DNA of 64,000 nucleotides from Neoconidiobolus thromboides FSU 785 (Eukaryota; Fungi; Entomophthoromycota): NCBI GenBank assembly GCA_025603075.1, contig MU626361.1, positions 1 to 64,000 of the forward strand, read 5' to 3'. Shown piece by piece: positions 62,004 to 64,000 of this stretch (position 1 is its first letter; each line of letters starts with the position of its first letter). The notes under the pieces were generated by a model. It saw only the letters and a program-made list of their open reading frames with translations, ran no database searches and was not told where the DNA came from. The position numbers and the translations under genes were made by a program.

Positions 62004-64000
62004 ATGTTTAGTCGACTCTTAGCTTCAGCAGTGGATGCTTTAGTTCCACAGATCAAATCCAACCTAGAACTTCTTCAATATAACTGGGACGACATACACC
62101 ATTTTTTAATTAATATTGGGCAGAGTAAGTTTAATGTAAAAGGATAATAGATAACTAATTATGGTACAGATAACATCAATGTTCACATCAAAGAAACAAA
62201 TATCAGCCAAAATCTAAAAGCAATTATAAGACTAGTTAAGGAAGACTCACGTTCAAGCAAAAACGTTTCAACAGGTATGCAATGTTTGGATTATATATTG
62301 CAAGAAAGGGTATTGGGCATACTTACAGAATATGCTATCAAAGATGTAATTAATCTTTAACTTGACATTTTAATTAAGACTTGGACTTAATATTTAGTTA
62401 GATACCTAAAGGGTTAATTCACGAGGTGCTCAACTTATTTATCGAACTCTTTAATCTTTTTCCTACCAAACTTTTGCCACAGCTAACAGCTAGAAAACCA
62501 ATGTTAAAGATCATCCAACATTGTTTGAGCTTACATGAGAACGTTTTAATCAGCGAAGCCCATACAAGTCTCATATTGACTATAATTACCTCACTACATC
62601 TACAACCTATGTTACTCCCACTGTTTACAGCAAAACCTAATAAGAAGGCAAGAAGGCCAAGTAGTATCAGCAGTTTTGCTAAAGTGAGTATAAATCAGTT
62701 TGTGATAAAGGTGATTATATTAGTATTTTTATTATTAGCTTATTTTCTAAATTGTATAAGACTGAAAATTTAGCCCCAATAATGATATTTTTTGTTTCAT
62801 TACAAAATTATATATGTTCAAATGGTGCATTAGGGGTACACTCTAGATCAGCTTTATATGAACTTATATCTTTAATGTCCAATCATACAGATTCGATTAC
62901 ACTTTTGGTTGATGAACCTATATTTAAAGAGTTGATGGTAAATATTTATTTTAATTTATTTATTTTAATTTTAATTTAATAATATATTTTAGTTAGAGCA
63001 ATTAACGTTTCAATATTCATCTATGCCAACGAGTTTTAGTCGCAGGAAAATCATTCGACCAGAAAAAAGGAGATCCACGATAACACAAAAAGCTAAAATA
63101 GAAACATCATCGATTAAAGAGCGCAATATTATATTAATCGATACTTTTTTTGAACTTTGGAAATTTGTTAATAATTTGATGAATACTTCGAATCATGTAG
63201 GTTGTTTTGTTATGAATTTTTTAGAAAACTAAAATTTCTTTTAGGATATTAAAGAATATATTTTAAATGGTATCATTAAACCTTTTTTAAGTGGTGTTAC
63301 ATTGCCTGGATTTTTCCATAAGTAAATTTATAGTTTACCTTTAGTTTTTGGATAGCAATTATTTATATAAAGTACACCATCCATTGTATGTTCTCGTACA
63401 ATGTATTTTTTAGATATGCTTACTGAATCATCGTCACATGACGTTTTTGATACACTGATTGAGTTTATATGCCATTCTAAAGAACCTTGTATGGCTTTAG
63501 GCCCTAATGACGAGGTTTGTAATTTGTTATGATCCGTTATGAAATTAAAAATTGTCTAGGTGACCAATAAAACGGTGTTAGATTGTATATTATCAAAGTT
63601 TGAAGATAGTGATGATGAAGTAATAAAAACAAAGTATAGTTTAACATAATAATCTAATGTTTTGAAAAGATTAGCTTGGTATCAATGCAATTGTTTGATA
63701 CTTTGCTTTGCTTAAATAATGCTAAAGTTTATAAAGCATTAGGGTTAAGTCAGGTAGAAATATCAGGGTGTAAAGTAAGTGATCCGGAGATCCTTCTAAA
63801 AGCTCCTATAAAGTAAGTTAAACAAGTAATAGACATAATTTTTTTACACTTTTCATAGCTTTTTGAACCTCAGTATTCCAAATAATGCAACAGACCCAAT
63901 CCTTAGAGATTTTTTACTTCTACTTAACCCTCATAATTCGGGTTTTGATGACTATTTTTTAGATACTGTAGATCACATTTATCTATCTATCATGAGGTCA
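62004..64000 (+). CDS. FHF complex subunit FHIP2/FAM160B-like, multi-exon, truncated by window end
   Basis: MFSRLLASAVDALVP..LELLQYNW, CLDYILQERVLGIL, IPKGLIHEVL, F.SLQNY...G.LG..SRSALYELI match FAM160/RAI16-like family pattern. Confidence 0.75.

Noticed and set aside
1-64000. MITE copies as CRISPR-like repeats or a TA-TSD Tc1/mariner family
   Set aside because: Copies are dispersed in both orientations with no array. ATTT/ATTT and ATAC/ATAC flanks show a 4-bp TSD, not TA.

Overview
AT-rich, intron-rich fungal genomic DNA (short GT-AG introns with CTAA branch points). The gene content suggests an early-diverging fungus, plausibly Zoopagomycota/Entomophthorales; this taxonomy is inference. 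Conserved genes: MedA-type transcription factor, THOC7, a Zn2Cys6 factor, CAF16, TFIIIC TPR subunit, MSH4, a class-16 methyltransferase, CENP-X/MHF2, NSUN2/Trm4, RNR1, an SH3+TBC RabGAP, Mix17/CHCHD2, Sas10/Utp3, Mpe1/RBBP6, BAP31, probable TFIIF-alpha and FHIP2 (truncated by the window end). Accessory content, none of it checked against databases: (1) a tandem array of five small secreted Gly/Asn/Tyr-linker + CBM19-like genes (3 intact, 2 decaying); (2) an intronless secreted protein with three Kunitz domains, each P1=Arg with an extra conserved Cys pair; (3) 15 copies of a ~99-bp MITE with GRG...CYC termini and 4-bp TSDs, one inserted in a Sola-like DDD transposase relic; (4) a ~470-bp TGTGAAAT...ATTTCACA solo-LTR-like repeat, two inverted copies of which share a perfectly identical 234-bp tract and enclose a second inverted MITE pair with a shared identical tract; (5) a Ste12 PRE-type motif cluster upstream of medA and an MCB/CCAAT cluster upstream of RNR1. 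No tRNA, rRNA or CRISPR array was recognised. Exon boundaries were read by eye.
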